A stretch of 24,000 nt of DNA from Phormidium tenue FACHB-886 (GTDB taxonomy: Bacteria; Cyanobacteriota; Cyanobacteriia; Elainellales; Elainellaceae). The position numbers and the translations under genes were made by a program. Shown here piece after piece: positions 22,040 to 24,000 of this stretch. Location: positions 1 through 24,000 of the forward strand of contig JACXWX010000010.1 of the NCBI GenBank assembly GCA_014764505.1, in the 5' to 3' direction. Every line of letters starts with the position of its first letter. Within the stretch, counting starts at the first letter, position 1. The notes under the pieces are model-generated. The model had not been told where the DNA came from. It searched no databases and saw nothing but the letters and a program-made list of their open reading frames with translations.

Positions 22040-23089
22040 CTACAGTTTAGCTGCATAAAGCGCAGCACCGATCAGCCCGACCTTTTGATTAAGGATGACA
22101 TGGACAGGAATACGTTCCATCAAAGGGCGCATCCGTCCTTTGTCAGTCATGGCGTGGAGAAAAATTCCTGACTCCAACAGCGGTAAATTCTTAGCGGCAA
22201 CCCCACCTGCAATATAAAGTCCGCCATAGGGCAAGAGCTTGAGCGCAAGATTTCCGGCTTCAGCACCGTAAAGCTCCACAAACGTTTCCATCGTCTTTTT
22301 GCAGAGGGGATCGCTACTCTCGGCAGCAGCGGTCGCAATCACTGCTGCTGGATCAACTGACTTTTCGGACAGTCCAGCTTCTCGCTCCCAGGTCCGGATT
22401 GCCTCAGCAACAGCAGGTGTCTCGCTGGCAATTTGACGATCGCGTAGAAACTGATAAATCGCCGCGATCCCCATTCCCGACACCACCCGCTCGACTGAGA
22501 CCCGAGTCAGGGTCATTTTGTCGCGCAGGTACTTGAGCAACTGGAACTCTAGCTCATTGCGTGGGGCAAAGTCGGTATGTCCACCCTCGGTGCCATAGAC
22601 ACGATAGCTACCCCCCTCACGGATCAAAAAACCTTGCCCTAAGCCTGTTCCAGCGCCGATTACCGCGATCGGTGCATCTGCCTGCGGTTCACCTATCTGC
22701 AGCGTACGGATATCTGTGGCATCCAGCCCAGCAATTCCATAGCCTACAGCCGCAAAATCATTTAGCAGGCTAACTTTGGTGAGGTTGAGATCGTGCTGTA
22801 GCTCAGCCCCATCCAGCAGCCAGGAGAGATTCGTGAGGTGGCAGGTGTTGTTGACTACAGGACCAGCGATCGAAAAGCAGCCCTTCTGCGGGGTAGGCGT
22901 TTGCTCTAGCTCAGCAGTTGCCTCTCGAAGAAACCGCTGTACCATTGGCGTAAGGCTAGAAAACTCAGCGCTAACGTAGCGCTCTTCATAGAGCGTCTTC
23001 AGCTTCACGTCCTTCTCTGTAGGCTGAGCCTCTACCAATCGCAAGATAGTTTTTGTGCCGCCCGTATCGCCTGCCAAGAGTTGCATCAT
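22040..23089 (-). CDS. glk: Glucokinase
   Basis: 349 aa. LLAGDTGGTKTILRL (ATP-binding GDxGGT), NDF.A.GYGI and GAGTGLG are characteristic of bacterial Glk. Confidence 0.88.
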   Translation of the reverse strand: MMQLLAGDTGGTKTILRLVEAQPTEKDVKLKTLYEERYVSAEFSSLTPMVQRFLREATAELEQTPTPQKGCFSIAGPVVNNTCHLTNLSWLLDGAELQHDLNLTKVSLLNDFAAVGYGIAGLDATDIRTLQIGEPQADAPIAVIGAGTGLGQGFLIREGGSYRVYGTEGGHTDFAPRNELEFQLLKYLRDKMTLTRVSVERVVSGMGIAAIYQFLRDRQIASETPAVAEAIRTWEREAGLSEKSVDPAAVIATAAAESSDPLCKKTMETFVELYGAEAGNLALKLLPYGGLYIAGGVAAKNLPLLESGIFLHAMTDKGRMRPLMERIPVHVILNQKVGLIGAALYAAKL

Positions 23090-23386
23090 TGTCTCAAACC
23101 GCCTCCACTCGTCTTTTGCATCTAGATGCGTGTTGCTTTTTAGTTTTGGAGCTTTTGGGGGATAGCTTTGCCGTCCTCCAAAAAATTAACATGCTCTCTT
23201 CATGGTCGCTTGTTGCTAAGTTTAGGTCGAGTGCAGAAGTGAGTATTTTTGCGCTTATCTCTGCTTCGATAGTTGCAATCGCAAGCCTCCTTAGTAAGAA
23301 AACCCAACGCAAAACCGACTAGAATGAGCATTGATATTGGGTTCCACTTAGTTCAACAAGTTTAACCCCCTAAACAACCCACAAAC

Positions 23387-24000
23387 ATGATGTCTTTTGC
23401 CGCTGCGATTGCTCCACTCCAGAAGGGGCTGATCGTTTCTTGTCAAGCCCCGATCGAGTCACCGCTGCACGAACCTAGCGTGATTGCTGCAATCGCCCAA
23501 GCTGCTGTTAATCAAGGTGCGGTGGGAGTGCGAATTGATACGCCTGCCCACGTCAGAGCTGTTCGAGCACAGGTGGATGTGCCCATTATTGGACTCTGGA
23601 AGCAGCAGATTCCAGACTTTGAGGTTTATATTACACCGCAGCTGAAACATGCAGAAGCGATCGCCTCTGCCGGAGCCGATGTCATTGCAATTGATGCAAC
23701 GCTGCGGCAGCGACCGGGTGGCGAAACTATGGCAACGCTGATTACCCAAATTCATCAGGAATTGAGCAAGCCCGTGATGGCAGATGTGGATACGCTGGAA
23801 GCAGGCATCGCCGCTGCCCAAGCCGGCGCCGATTTAGTCGGCACGACCCTGTATGGCTACACGACAGAAACCCGCGATTGCCTTCCTCCCGGGTTTGAAC
23901 TGCTGGCGCAGTTGGTCGATCGCCTGTCGGTTCCAGTTATTTGTGAAGGGGGAGTAGCTTCACCGCAGATGGCAAAGCAGGCGTTGAAACTGGGAGCCTA
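23387..24000 (+). CDS. nanE: Putative N-acetylmannosamine-6-phosphate 2-epimerase (NanE-like), 3-prime end beyond the window
   Basis: Not in the ORF track because there is no stop in the window. ATG at 23387; my own translation is MMSFAAAIAPLQKGLIVSCQAPIESPLHEPSVIAAIAQAAVNQGAVGVRIDTPAHVRAVRAQVDVPIIGLWKQ...ITPQL...AGADVIAIDATLRQRP...VMADV...GADLVGTTLYGYT..., which matches the NanE TIM-barrel pattern. Confidence 0.75.
   Translation, partial: MMSFAAAIAPLQKGLIVSCQAPIESPLHEPSVIAAIAQAAVNQGAVGVRIDTPAHVRAVRAQVDVPIIGLWKQQIPDFEVYITPQLKHAEAIASAGADVIAIDATLRQRPGGETMATLITQIHQELSKPVMADVDTLEAGIAAAQAGADLVGTTLYGYTTETRDCLPPGFELLAQLVDRLSVPVICEGGVASPQMAKQALKLGA

Noticed and set aside
23053-23322. 89-aa (+) and 72-aa (-) ORFs in the glk/nanE divergent intergenic region
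   Set aside because: They overlap each other on opposite strands, show no recognisable motif or RBS, and sit in an AT-rich, promoter-like region. Evidence is insufficient to call a gene. An 8-bp inverted repeat (TTTTGGAG/CTCCAAAA, 23143-23183) and the palindrome GCATCTAGATGC (23118-23129) suggest a regulatory role instead.
1-24000. tRNA, rRNA or other canonical RNA genes in intergenic regions
   Set aside because: I scanned the intergenic stretches for T-loop-like GTTCRANYC motifs and cloverleaf-compatible inverted repeats. The only GTTCGA/GTTCAA words lie in coding sequence or lack acceptor-stem complementarity.

Overview
This looks like a chromosomal segment from a cyanobacterium. By eye I count about 20 exact copies of the HIP1 octamer GCGATCGC, against well under one expected by chance, and the gene families are typical of cyanobacteria. 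I can support 22 protein-coding genes, two of them cut by the window edges, and I found no rRNA, tRNA or CRISPR array.

Recognisable genes:
- Housekeeping: ltaE-type threonine aldolase, YbjQ/UPF0145, a TPR protein, an AI-2E/PerM transporter, DUF1350, a CysQ/IMPase-family phosphatase, accD, a SigC-like group-2 sigma-70 factor, a ChaN-family protein, a sugar-type ABC substrate-binding lipoprotein, glk and a nanE-like epimerase.
- Mobile DNA: an IS1-like transposase fragment sits at the left edge.

No canonical defence, toxin or biosynthetic system is recognisable. The candidates for something undescribed, in rough order of interest:
1. A divergent cell-wall gene pair at 14.4-18.0 kb. One gene encodes two PPC domains, Gly/Ser linkers and a C-terminal YkuD-fold, Tlde1-like His/Cys domain. 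The other encodes an AMIN-anchored class-A beta-lactamase-fold protein. Two sets of 17-bp tandem repeats lie in the 616-bp region between them.
2. A large membrane M48-like protein whose HExxH reads AELGH, and whose third zinc ligand also appears to be lost. It is probably a pseudoprotease or sensor.
3. A small cassette at 11.9-13.1 kb: a ribbon-helix-helix gene with tandem operator-like repeats, divergent from two small all-alpha genes.
4. An AT-rich stretch with no exact HIP1 octamer, holding an orphan 198-aa beta-rich protein followed by five copies of an 11-bp tandem repeat.
5. An 84-bp tandem repeat and a dense AGACTC/GAGTCT hexamer array in the ltaE upstream region.

All family assignments come from motif recognition by eye; no database search was possible.
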